A stretch of 64,000 bases of DNA. It comes from a virus. The position numbers and the translations under genes are program-made. The notes beneath the pieces are model-generated. The model made no database searches. It saw only the letters and a program-made list of their open reading frames with translations, and had not been told where the DNA came from. Where the stretch lies: positions 31,878 to 95,877 of the IMG/VR virus record IMGVR_UViG_3300042308_000216; one strand, given 5' to 3'. The number at the start of each line of letters is the position of its first letter. Positions within the stretch are counted from its first letter, which is position 1. Shown one piece after another: positions 20,101 to 30,400 of this stretch.

Positions 20101-21461
20101 TTAACTTGAAACTACCTAAAGAAGATTCAGATTTAAGTATAACTACTACAGAAGAACTAGGTGTTGAACAAGTAGCACAAGAAGTATTACCTGCTTTAGA
20201 AGATAGATTAAGAGGATTTTTATCATCTATTAATGTAGATACATTAGTTGTAGATAATTTACAAGAAAGATTAAAAGAAAAAGGATTGAATACTGATGCT
20301 GTTGCAATATCAGATATATTACACAAAGCAATATTCCTAGATTCAGAAAGGTATAATACTATGGATTATGCTGAAGAGGTTGCTACTTTTGCAATTGAGT
20401 TTATGGGAGCTAGTAAACATGCTGAGGCATCTCCTTTAATTAGAAAAGCACTAGACAATATATCAAGTTGGGAAAAATACCAACAATACTATGATTTATA
20501 TAAGGATAATCCTATTTATAAAAACAACGAAAGAAAATTAAAAGTTGAAATACTTAGTAAGCTATTAGCTGAAAAAATAATAGAGAATAAAGATAAAACT
20601 AAAAAAACAAAACAAGATAAAAAGCTAACAACTTTAGAAACTATTATTAATGACATACTAGCTTTGTTTGATAAAATATGGAAATCAGATTACTATAGAG
20701 CTGTTGATAGATTTTTAAAACAAAAAGGTATTCAAACTAAAGGAGTTAATAAAATTAACATTAGACCTTTTGATGCTGTAATAAATGAGATTGTAGATGA
20801 TATACTATTTAATAATACATCTAAAATAATTAATAATGCTAATAGAGCTAGAAAAGGAGAAACTGCTGTTTCTTTAAAAGAAGTTTTAGAAAACAATCCT
20901 ACTATAAATGAGATATATAATAAACTAAACTCTTTAGGTTTTATGTTTACAGGTTCTCCTGCTCTTTCAAATGAAGGAACTATATACAGAGAATCTAATG
21001 ATACTTTACATGATTTAGATTGGCAAGTACCAAAAGAGTTAGAAGATAATTGGTTAGACATAATAAAAGAAACTTTTCCAGAAATAGGGTATAAGATTAA
21101 TGAAAAAACAAATCAAGCTCAGATTTTTAGTAAGGGTGAAAAAACTACTCACACTTTAATGATTAAAGGAATGCCTGTTGACTTTTTTATAAGTGTTAAT
21201 CCTCCATCCAATAAAAATACATTTGGAGATATGAGATGGCAGGATACCTTTGAAGCTAAGATGGATATAGGTAGAGACAAAGACATCAGAGACTTAATTG
21301 ACTTTAAAACTTTATTTAATGATTACTTTTCAAATCCTGGTTACTTATATTATTCTTTAGGTCAAGTTAAACCAGGAAAACAAATTGAAAAATATGTATC
21401 TTTGCAAGATAAGGTTAACACCCTTATAGAAGAAGGTAAAGCAACTAAATTTTGTAAGTAA
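14196..21461 (+). CDS. giant ejected cargo (polyvalent) protein with membrane-type N-terminus, repeat-delimited cassettes, degenerate zincin and C-terminal nucleotidyltransferase
   Basis: 2421 aa; Gly/Ala-rich hydrophobic helices in the N-terminus, long coiled coil, KA(D/E)IE repeats at 18126-19136, GSPAL..G...R....HDLD...DFF...K...RDKDIRD at about 20950-21295. Confidence 0.75.
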   Translation: MPGENLGTTTIAIPLQKIKPYKPTSTTQAVPETYAGPQSRYDDNYFIDQSKMNSEFFQSMRAENQGFGMELATAGANLIPNIALSIGETAGYLFDVEDWSNMIQGNKTDYGNAITKWASDNKNPFGQVYTKSTDGGFDMSDSAWWVSNGGGLVESLVAFGITGFGVGSVLGKSASMLSKTLGAYGKTKFAIEGAAKLGTSLSLAYSEGAMTGAQVFKDVYDDTYNFEYLKNVNAGMGDKEAKARAHYTATDVAGEGATKAVRTNTLINTFLNIPETNVLFRSMGASRYIDDALKLQKGEFARDAVERIKKFDVNKHLTRQGIEHWGKETGSEMLEEMVNVYAEESGKNVGRLATGQDIVSLGDMLANDDIWAAGFWGAIGGSMNGFVMGKMPKWVVQEDGTKKRTTVGAYNKEQVKDKYKEQLTDLQDRLTEFVDARDALDIAAKSGDERAYKEAADKVFSYNSFNSIVKGTEEQLLNDFQEIAAFTPEQAAQQGFASDYKERATEKIQSVRQNTAEWNKIQDRHSSQDLDQAGFPETIFQQHMNVQNNKKIIQDNTIELAKLESEIAQAHVLRGTDLTTTSFNDVKSSIDAVEHAFEMAAKDLSDIDSLSTLDSKTRQKKIAELSNKYGNIENAKIQIQKHLEELEEKREDLFNNLEIQKENFYSFIDPENTMSDDEKLDRYKNIIAQNSSDIYSLTEGKKVLETNRKILASQIEELRVLKSDKGLERFKALKKEKMAERDALDAQAAAKARAEAEAKAKAAKVEEIKVKKKEAPETVTPQEEEIIQANTPVESFEEGVYSGEGSNKEGLEEQYKEITKIADNSDEEGKVKDSSGQTISVGDKLMYGSNKLAYASTVEYIVEDDKIKHTSLKLNPETNPDLLTDKYVPGTKLKIKKLTPEEFKSHEFFAPDNIKFIDEVGREILVANKGQKVTFEMLSHPYMQPIGIYNEAGEYQAMLHAVTYINDNRVVSENVETDLQTLINIRAAVTNEFQDIKLSSKSNGKLNQLPMFYRLSELIDENVEFAIATSSIQLNTSKVTPVENLANTKGYKVGQVYALTVMPDGRKLAVPVKTTKIKENPQVLTELMSALDIFLKGGNREDLQAVFGKYLHSVFSKDKLTPDGNSFQEDPNGNDRFYIDFTSTNVKGIIFGKAGFSKNFISGDTPIDALEGLKKELASIIQESYINLNFQSLKDPDFVKTYVTSNVRFYPLPNGKVTVFDNPVLGFDPSTLINATAPAAKVTPQPIVTPTTQSSESVFNITIEQIKNNIAELRAKEQAEYAAIDPNDTAARKKIYEDYNKLITTLINEAEADIEKRKEAELELESERIVESTEIWKDEEGRLFRIDKLKNGKQRLAATDEEGKLLSVIDIYEGSVSPTKFIADGEKVKDQEVKENKIVDKINAKYKEELDAVKQVKPTTTPISDIETKKADIETAFDYITTRKYKGENNRLNEINKIGEDLAKRFVATLKEKGLVKEDYRMAPRTDGSVEKMKVNTDDKGNNLGNDWSTAGKFKDEFRKFVNVELASLKSKATTTPTAQSTTDTKAEIEKRLKEEIISLEKDLKAIKFKDGNTLGKMFPDWSVEAATFIREHFKKAVTEEDYNKAVRYENLVNHFDAVVKNELNKLTLQPTAQPTAADIKADIENRIVITGTDQGFEVYNTSNIKNEKAGTVADVRRKYSDDKYEIEFGKGDDKKSIFSDINYGQKEDSYHYFITDKKTKKRYYVVGISSRVTGTDPQRDGSLFATIEDDGNITDFTRTVLELALIKEFENQTKKRKNIFRPLPQKFIDKVKAAEQAALGQAQPTPATETPTTPQEKGEFSIQGTFRGLTHVLGDPANMIPDLRDTGFIDKPTFSESVQKGKKFFTLSIPQADDVYRQGYLSVSLVFPETTTKTMADVKAALEAKVAEAKSVIATARDKGSNAEAFLKNKVSAEYTEQPSVTEPVPVVEQQPVPQPTVELKSAGGAKFNLKLPKEDSDLSITTTEELGVEQVAQEVLPALEDRLRGFLSSINVDTLVVDNLQERLKEKGLNTDAVAISDILHKAIFLDSERYNTMDYAEEVATFAIEFMGASKHAEASPLIRKALDNISSWEKYQQYYDLYKDNPIYKNNERKLKVEILSKLLAEKIIENKDKTKKTKQDKKLTTLETIINDILALFDKIWKSDYYRAVDRFLKQKGIQTKGVNKINIRPFDAVINEIVDDILFNNTSKIINNANRARKGETAVSLKEVLENNPTINEIYNKLNSLGFMFTGSPALSNEGTIYRESNDTLHDLDWQVPKELEDNWLDIIKETFPEIGYKINEKTNQAQIFSKGEKTTHTLMIKGMPVDFFISVNPPSNKNTFGDMRWQDTFEAKMDIGRDKDIRDLIDFKTLFNDYFSNPGYLYYSLGQVKPGKQIEKYVSLQDKVNTLIEEGKATKFCK
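18126..19136 (+). repeat. four dispersed in-frame repeats (aagc[t/a]ga[t/a]atagaaa, encoding [K/E]A[D/E]IE) with Pro/Thr linkers
   Basis: Copies at about 18126, 18483, 18831 and 19116; copies 2-4 preceded by cct/act-rich linker codons. Confidence 0.75.
21397..21404 (+). promoter_or_regulatory. putative Bacteroidota -7 promoter element TATCTTTG(C) upstream of the vRNAP gene
   Basis: TAnnTTTG match about 57 nt before ATG 21461; the identical 9-mer precedes the next giant gene. Confidence 0.4.
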
Positions 21462-24400
21462 TGAGTAATTGTCAAACGACTTTCCAGGATAGAACTATCC
21501 CTTCTGGGGATTTTGAATTTCAAATAGCATCTAACCAAATTGATTTATCACCAACAGACAAGTCTGATTTAGATACAATGTCTTTACTGACATTAGACTT
21601 ATCAACAATACCTTTACTATCTCCTGATAAGATTAACTCTGCTCAACAAGAGGAGATGATTAATTGGTTAACAGGTGAAGTAATTAACTTCTCATTAAAT
21701 AATGCTGTTAAAGGTGTTGATGAAAAAGAGTTAATAAATAATGCTTTTAACGATGCATCAGAGCTTCTTAAAAGCGGTGCTTTACAAGCTGTAGAATTAG
21801 GTATACCAATATTAGAAGAAAGAATAAACAGTATTCTTGAGGTATATGATAAGCTAAAAGAGATTGTACAAATTAGAGTTAATAATTTTGGTATTGATTT
21901 TGAAGCTGATGCTGTTACACCAGAAGATGCTACTGAAAATTATGAAGAAGATAAAGCTTTAAAAGTAAATCCTTATACAAAAATTGGTCAGGAAATTAAA
22001 AGACAGCTTTTTACTATTTATGATTTAGATAGTTTACAAGAGGATGGTTCTTACACAGAAGATGATGTAAAAAGAACTTGGTTTGGATTCCCTGCTTACA
22101 AATCTATTAACCAAGTATTACCCACAATACTATCACACTCTAAAGATTTACCTGCAGAGTTTGATGTGATTAAAGCAAAGATGCTAGATAGCAAAGATGC
22201 TAATAAATGGTTTGTACCCTTACTTGATAAATTAAGTGAGGCTGATGGACAAGTTAGAAATCAGTTTTCTAGATGGGCTAGTAAAGCACAAATCAATTTA
22301 AAGTATTTATTGTTTGATACCAAGACTAATGAGTTTCAATTTAACAATAGTAACTCAGGTAGGCAAGTAGATATCATAACTAACAAATGGAAGAATAACC
22401 TTATACAAACAGAGCTATTTAAAATTAATCCAGACACTAATGAGTATGAGTTAGATAGAGAAAAAGCAGATGCTATAACTAAAAACTTTGAAGCATTCAG
22501 TGAAAAGTATAAAATGCTTAAAGAGAATTATCCAGAAGAGTTATTTACAGAACTGGCTGATATCTTAAAAAGTATTGGTGTTGATATTAAACCAAGAGAA
22601 ATTAAAAGAATGCAAAGGTTTCTTGATACACAAGGAACCAAATGGGGGAATAGTCCAAGAGCTAAATTTAGTCAGTTCTTTGTAGCTGATAAAGGTGCAG
22701 TGGATTTTATGATTCAAAGATTATCTAAAGCAGATAAAGAAGCTGAAGGTTCTTTTAATAAATACAATCCACTATCTAATAATACTGGTGTTAGAGCATT
22801 AACATTGTTATACTCTTATTACCAAGAAATTTCTACTAATGATTCTTACAAGAATAGTAACAATGATACTATTTATGCATATAGTCCTAAGAAATATGCA
22901 ACAGACCAATTTCAAAGAATAGCTGATACAGCTTATTTAGGTAGATTAATGGAAACTCAATTTGCTAGTAACTCTACTTGGGGTAAAGCATTGATGTCTG
23001 AGGATCCTGATACAAGAGCTAGATTTCTAGAAGTATTCACATTAGATTATTTTGATGGTGCTACAGGTAAAGGCTCTAAATTAAATACTCCATTTGACCA
23101 ACTATCTGCATCTGAAAGAGAAAAGTTTTTACTGACTTGTTTTCAAAACCAAAATAGAAAAGTACAAAGTAAATACAGATATGGTTCTACTTCTTATCTA
23201 ACTATGTCTGATAAGAAAACCTTAATTAGTGTTCAACATATATTAGAAGATGTTGATATTAATCCAGAAACAAATAAGCTAGGTAGTAAAAGTATTGACT
23301 TATTATATCAAGTATTTAAAGCAGAGCAGCAAAGGATTAGAGAATTTGAAGCATTAAGTGCAGAGAATAAAAAAGGTTTATCAAAAGAATATGTAAAAGG
23401 TGCAAAAGAGTATATCTTAAATCCTTGGGTTACAAAATATAAAGCTGAAGGAAAAGAACTTGACTCATCAGAAGATGTTAAAATAGCTATTGAAGAATAC
23501 TATAATGATATTATAAATACTAAAATAGCTACTTGGAAAGAGGTTGGTATTATATCTACAGATAATGAAGATAATATAACTACAACTTTTGATAAAGAGT
23601 ATTTTGAGAATGTTAAAAATAGTAAAGTAGGTAGTAAAGCAAATATTAATGCTGCTATTGCTTATGCTGCTATTGACTATGAAGTAAATACAATAATTGG
23701 TAACTTAAATCTATTTCAATTATTTGCTGGTGACCCAGCTAGTTATTGGAAAAACAATGTTGATGATACATTAGTAAATGTTGGTAAACGTCTAGCAGCA
23801 CAGATTGCTCCTGGAGATTCATTAGCTAATACTAGATATACAGACATTGCTGGTATTAATGGGCATAGCTATACACAAGTTATTGCTAAAGACCATAAAA
23901 TGATATCATCATCTATCAAGTATCTAACTAAGCTGCTTGATGGTAAAGAAGTTACTGATAAAGAGATTGAAGATTATAGAGCAGGTAATACTAAAGCAAT
24001 AGAAGAAAAATATCCTAATGCTGCAGCTTACTTTGATATAGAAGCTACTGATGCTCAGGAATATACTACAGCATTAGAGCATGCTTACAATCTATACCAT
24101 GAAGGTAAGTTATCTGATAAAGTATATAAAGACTTAGCAAATAAATTAATTAATGATAGAGAGTTAAGTGATAGTGATGTTAAAGTGCTAATGCAACCTA
24201 TGAAACCAGTTTACTTTAATGGTGATGTTAAGTCAGCAGGTACTGGTTCATTAAATTATTATGATATGTCTTACATTAAGACTTCATCATTTCCATTGTT
24301 AAAAGAATTTACAGTAGGTACTGAGCTTGACAAGTTAAGAAAACAACTAGAGAAATTACAAGACCCAACTGGTTCTAAAGACCCTAGCCAAATTAAACTT

Positions 24401-27400
24401 GTTAGAATGGTAATGAGTTCAGGTATTAAGATTGGTGCTGTGCAGAATCCTGTAACAGTATTCAATCCTGATGGAACAGTTAATCCTGATATTGACTTTA
24501 CAAGCTCTACAAAGTCTTTAACTAGAGATGGATATAGAATTCAGTTAGAGGTTCCTTTAAAAGATAAGAAAGAAGTTAATAGAGGTACACAAGAGATTAA
24601 ACTTTTGTTTACAGATTTACTTGACCATAAATTTGCTAATGGTAAAACAGGACAACAGTTAAAAACTGAATACCTTGATTTAAACAGACAACTATTTAAA
24701 ACTCAATTAGAGATATTTAAAAACCAAATAGATGCAGATGAAAAAGGTGAATTTAATATTCAACTATTAAGAGATAAACTAGTAGAAGAAGCACAATCAA
24801 GAAACTTTTCACTGAATGAGATTGAGTCTTTGAGACTAGTTGATTTAGACTCTGAAGGTAAGTTTGTAATTCCATTAGTTTTTAACTCAGCATCAGATAA
24901 GTTTGAAAGCTTAATGATTTCTTTAATAGATAACTCTGTTAGAAAACAAAAGCAAACTGGTTACAGCTCTCCATTAGGTTCATCTTCTGGATTTAAATTT
25001 CAGAATGACCTTAAAAGTATAGATAAGAGTAAAATTATTTGGGTTGAAGGTTTTGATCCATCAGGAGATTTAAAGCAACAAAGAATTGTAGATGGTAAAG
25101 TAAGAGGTTCACAAGTATTTGTACCTTGGAAATTCAGAGATAACAATGGTAAGCTTTTAAATGCAAAAGATTTTACTAAAGAGTTGCCTGATGGTAGAAT
25201 AGTAATTGATCATGATAAATTACCAAAAGATATATTAAAGTCATTTGGATTTAGGATTCCTACACAGGGATTAAACTCAATGGCTTATATTGAGATTGCA
25301 GGATTTTTACCAGAAGAATCTGGTGACTTGTTAATTGCACCTGCTGAATTTACAAAGCAGATGGGTTCTGACTTTGACATTGATAAATTATATAGTTACT
25401 TATATACTACAGAATTTAATTATAAAACTGGTAAACTAGAAAAGTTTGTATTTAATAATAAAGATGTATTTGAAATACTATCTAGTACTAACTCTAGTTT
25501 AGTTACTAAAGACAATAAAGATTACAGATTAAAAACATTAATCAAAGAGTTTGGATATATTAAAGTAGCCAAATCTCTTTTCCAATTTTATAACAGTAAA
25601 ATAGATACTCTTAAAAAAGAGTTAGATGATAAGTGGTCATTACATGAAGCTTTTGTAAGTAATGTACTAGACACTATTGATGTTAAAGAAGCATCATTGG
25701 ATACAAATAAAACATTAATCAATAAAGCTTTTAGAGAGAATGAAATCTATGTTGCTTTCTTGAGAGATGAGTTATCAGAGTTAAGGTCTGTAATATCTGC
25801 ATTAGAGAAAAATGAATTAGATGAAGGTGTTAATGAATACCTTGTAGATAAATTTGATATCTATGTAGATGAAGTAAGAACAGAAAGTATAAATGAATTA
25901 CTTAGAAAAGAGTTTGAATTAAATAATAGATTAGAAAAATCTGTTGTAATAAAAGAAAGTCTTAAGAAGTTTAATGCTTCTATTAGTGATACTGTAAAAG
26001 TTGCTTTAGATATTAAGAATGATATTTTTGAGACTAAAAGAGATTTAAGAAATATATTAAAGTACACTAGTACATTACAGAATGAAATTCTAGATATGCA
26101 CATCACAGTGCTATCTGACCCATCAGATTTAGTACAGTCTAAAGTAACATCAGCATTAGGATTTGGTAAGCTAGGTGAACTTAAAAAGGTATATGATAAA
26201 GAATCTAAATCAAAAGCAGAAAGTACTAGCCCTTTATCATCAGGATACCAATCTCAGAAATATTTATCTGCAAGAGGTGGTAAAGCAGGTACAGGATACT
26301 TTAGTGCATTAAATGTATTTGTATCTGTTATGCAGGGACTAGGATTAAAGTATAATGTATCTACTCCTGTAGATAATGGTAAATTTGCAATGATAGAGAA
26401 AAACCTAGTTATCCATAAAAAAGGTAATGGGTTGAGTAAGAATGTTGATAACATGAATAACCTTAAATCTGAGAATGCTGTAGCATACCAATCAGCAGCT
26501 GTGGATGATGAGAAAGAACAGATTATGGCTTCTCTTAATATCACATCAGAAACATTCTATGCTATTGGTGCATGGATATTAGATGGTCATTCACAAGAAG
26601 CTATTACAGGTATTTTAACTCAGCCTATTGTTGCTGAGTATATCAATGCAATCAATAATAAAACAGATATTTTTTCAGATTTTACTAAGAATGCAGATCT
26701 TATTGTGTTTAATGAGTTGTATGAAAAGTACTCTAAGATGACAGGTCTTAGTCAAGAAATATTAAATGAAACTGATTTTAATAATACTGTATTATCAGAA
26801 GATGTTTTATGGAATTCTTACAAAGCTACTACTAAAGATGCTAATTGGGCTATGACTCAATTAACTGCTCTACATAAATTTAGAGAAGCTGATGTTATGG
26901 GTAAAAGCATACAAAAAACCATCAGTGCATTTAGTGTGGATTCTAAAGGATTAGGTAAATCTTTTATAGAAGTTGGTTTAAAGTTAGATGATATTAAAAC
27001 TGAAAGAGAAAGTGGTAAAATTACTAACATAGAAAAACTACTTAATCAATCTGTAGGTGGATTAGCTGTGCAATATTCTTTAGAAACAGTTCACCAACTA
27101 TTTAGTAAGTTCTACCCATACTTAATTCCTGAAAGTTATAACAAAGTTACTTTTGATGAGTATTTACAAGTTACATTTAAAGATAATCTTTCAGCAGAGC
27201 AAAGAGAAAAAGAGTTTAGAGATTTCTATAACCACATGAAAGCTGGTGTGTATGCAAATATGCTTCAGCAACCTGGTGTAGATTTATATACTAGAAGAAA
27301 AGAGTTAATGTATGGTGAAAATTCATTAGGTAAAAGAGTACAAGAACTGCAAAAAACTACTAAGAACCCATTTTTAATTAAACTTACTCCTAATGTAGCT

Positions 27401-30400
27401 ACTATTGTAGGAGATCCTGATACAGTAAGTATGAGGTCTATTGGTGGTGAGTTATTTAATGAAGATGATTTATATGTTGGCTTTTTAGATTTATTTAATA
27501 AACCTGAAAACAGACAGTTAGCTAAAGACTTAGTTGATTACTTCTATATTAATGGTGGTAGTCAGAAAGCTAGAGAGTTTTCTAAATATATTCCAACTGG
27601 GTTTATGGTTGCTAGTGGTTATGCAGATAGTTTAAGAAGTGCTAACTTATTTAACCTATCAAATATTCTAGGTTCACCTCAAATGTTTTTACAGAACTAC
27701 ATCAGAAACAATCCTAGTAAAGCACCTCAACTTAATAGAGGAGATTATACTATGAGTCCTGATGGTAAAGTCACTGTTACTAGTGACCAATTTACATATG
27801 TACCTAAAAATGGTGTTGATGTTGGTGTTAGTACAGCAATACCTTATGTTTCAATACCAGAAGTAAAAGTAAATCCAGATGATAGTATTAAAGTAACTAT
27901 AAGACTTTACATGTATGATGACCAAGGTAGTTATGTAGAAATTCCTAGATTGGGATTTACAACATCAAACTATTCAGGTACAGAGTATGGTAGTAGATAT
28001 TCTGCTATAGATTCTAATGCTGTAAAACAAAGAGTTCAAAATCCTAATACAGTGCAAGAACCTGTTAGGCAAGAAGCTAGTTCAGATCCTGTTATTCCAA
28101 ATAGTATTAAAGTAGCTGCTAATGACTTTGAAGCACTAAACATTAATAAGGTTAATAACAAAGAAGATGTTAAAGTAACACTATCTATTATTAATAACAG
28201 TACATCAAAAGCATTATTAGACTTACTTGATAAAATAGGTAGCTTAACTTTAGAAGCTACTCCAGGTAATTCTTCATATAAAGCAGGTAGAATTACAATA
28301 GATAGTAGAATTAAAGATCCATCTGTACTACAAACTAAAGTATTGCATGAAGTTACACATGCTGTAACATCTGAAATAATTAATAAAATACTATTAAACC
28401 CTAATAACCCTAACTTTGAAGGATTATCTGAATCTCAAAAGTTAGCTTACATGAGGTTAAATAAAACATTTACTACATTAAGACAATCTGTAATTGATGG
28501 TAGAGTACCTGGATTAAACAAAGAAGGATTAGAATTATTTGAAGCTAAAATAGATGCCCTTAAAAAAGGTCAAAAAGGAATTGACTTTACACCAGATGAT
28601 GTTGAGTATAATCCATATTTAAATCTTAAAGAATTTTTAGCAGAAGCATTTTCTAATACTACTTTTCAAAAGCAATTAGATGCTATGAAATTTACTGAAG
28701 ACAGATCAATGCTTCAGAAGTTGTTAGAAGATATTGCAAACTTCTTAAATAAATTTGTAGCTGACTACAATAAAGATAATGTACTTGCTTCTGTACTATA
28801 TGATGGGTTTACACTAGCTGGTGGTAATGAAGTAAATATTTATTTTAAATCTGGTGAAAATAGAATACTATCTAATTTAAATTTAAATTCTTTTACAGGT
28901 AAAGATGGTAAAAGATATGCTTCTGTAGAACATGCATACCAATCTTGGAAATCAGGATCATTTGATGAATCAACATATACATCTCCTAATTGGGTATTTA
29001 ATGGTGGAGATAATTATAAAGTATCTGGTAATAAAGGTACTAAAACAGAAAACAATTGGAATCTAGATTTAATGAAAGGTCTTATTAGACAATCATTAGA
29101 TCAAAACCCAAATGCTAAACAAGCATTACTTAATACAGGAGATAAAATACTTACTCATAACCAAGATAATACTATTTGGAAAAATGCTTTTCCTCAGATA
29201 TTAATGGAATTAAGAAAAGAGTATTATGATGCAGGATTATCTGGTGTTAACAATCCAAGTGATTATGTTAATCACTCTGGTGGTGCTGTAGGTTCTGATG
29301 AATCTTGGGATATTATAGGTAGACAATTTGGTGTAACACAGCATAAGCATTACAGAGAACCAGGTGCATTAAAGCTAGACTCAGCTGAACTTGATAGTAG
29401 AGGTATTAAACCTGTAAATGTATCTGAAGCTTTATACAATGAAGGTATTCAAAAATCTACTAGAGCAGCTCAACAAATGTATGGGTTAAAAGGTCAGATA
29501 AAAATGAATTACATTATTCGTAATTGGGCACAAGTTAAAAATGCTGACTCTATATATGCAATAGGTGTAATTCTTAAACCTGGTAATAGACTTAATACAA
29601 AAGATGATAGAATAGCTTTAGTACCACAAGTAAAAGGAGGTACAGGATATGCAGTACAGATGGCTATTAATGAAGGTAAGCCTGTATATGTATATGATGG
29701 CACAAAGAATGGGTGGTTTAAATATGATTACAATATAAAAGATTTTGTACCTACAAGTATACCAACACTTACTAAAAACTTTGCTGGTATAGGCTCAAGA
29801 AAATCTCAAGATTGGAATAAAGATTTACAAGCTATTAGAGATGTTTATGCTAATACTTTTAAAGTACAGCAAGATACTTCTACAAATACTGGAGGTAATC
29901 CAAAAGGAGAGAAAATTGCTGATGGTATGTATGTAAACCAACAAGGACTATCTCCACAAGAAGAACTTGAATTATTTGAACTTGTTAGACCAATTTTAGA
30001 GCAACAAGCTGTAAAAAGTAATAAAGGTAAATCAGCTCCTAAAATGGCTGGATTAAATTTAAATTGGGATTATGTAAGTAATAGAAGAGGGCAACAGACA
30101 AGAATAAATGTTGGAGAAACATTAAAACCTAATGATACTTATGGTTGGTTTACACAATCTGCTAATGGTCAAGAGTTATATCCAATTACTGGTAGAATGA
30201 TAGAGTTAATGAGTAAAGCTACTGGTATAGATGTTAGTAATTATGATGGTTCTATTATAAATATATATGATTCTAATAGTTTTATTGGTAACCATCCTGA
30301 TATTGATGAAAGTAAGACAGCAGAAAAATATCCTGTTGTTGTTGTTAATATAGGAGGTCCAGGAAATATTGTATTAGGTAATAAAAAAGTTGATTTAAAT

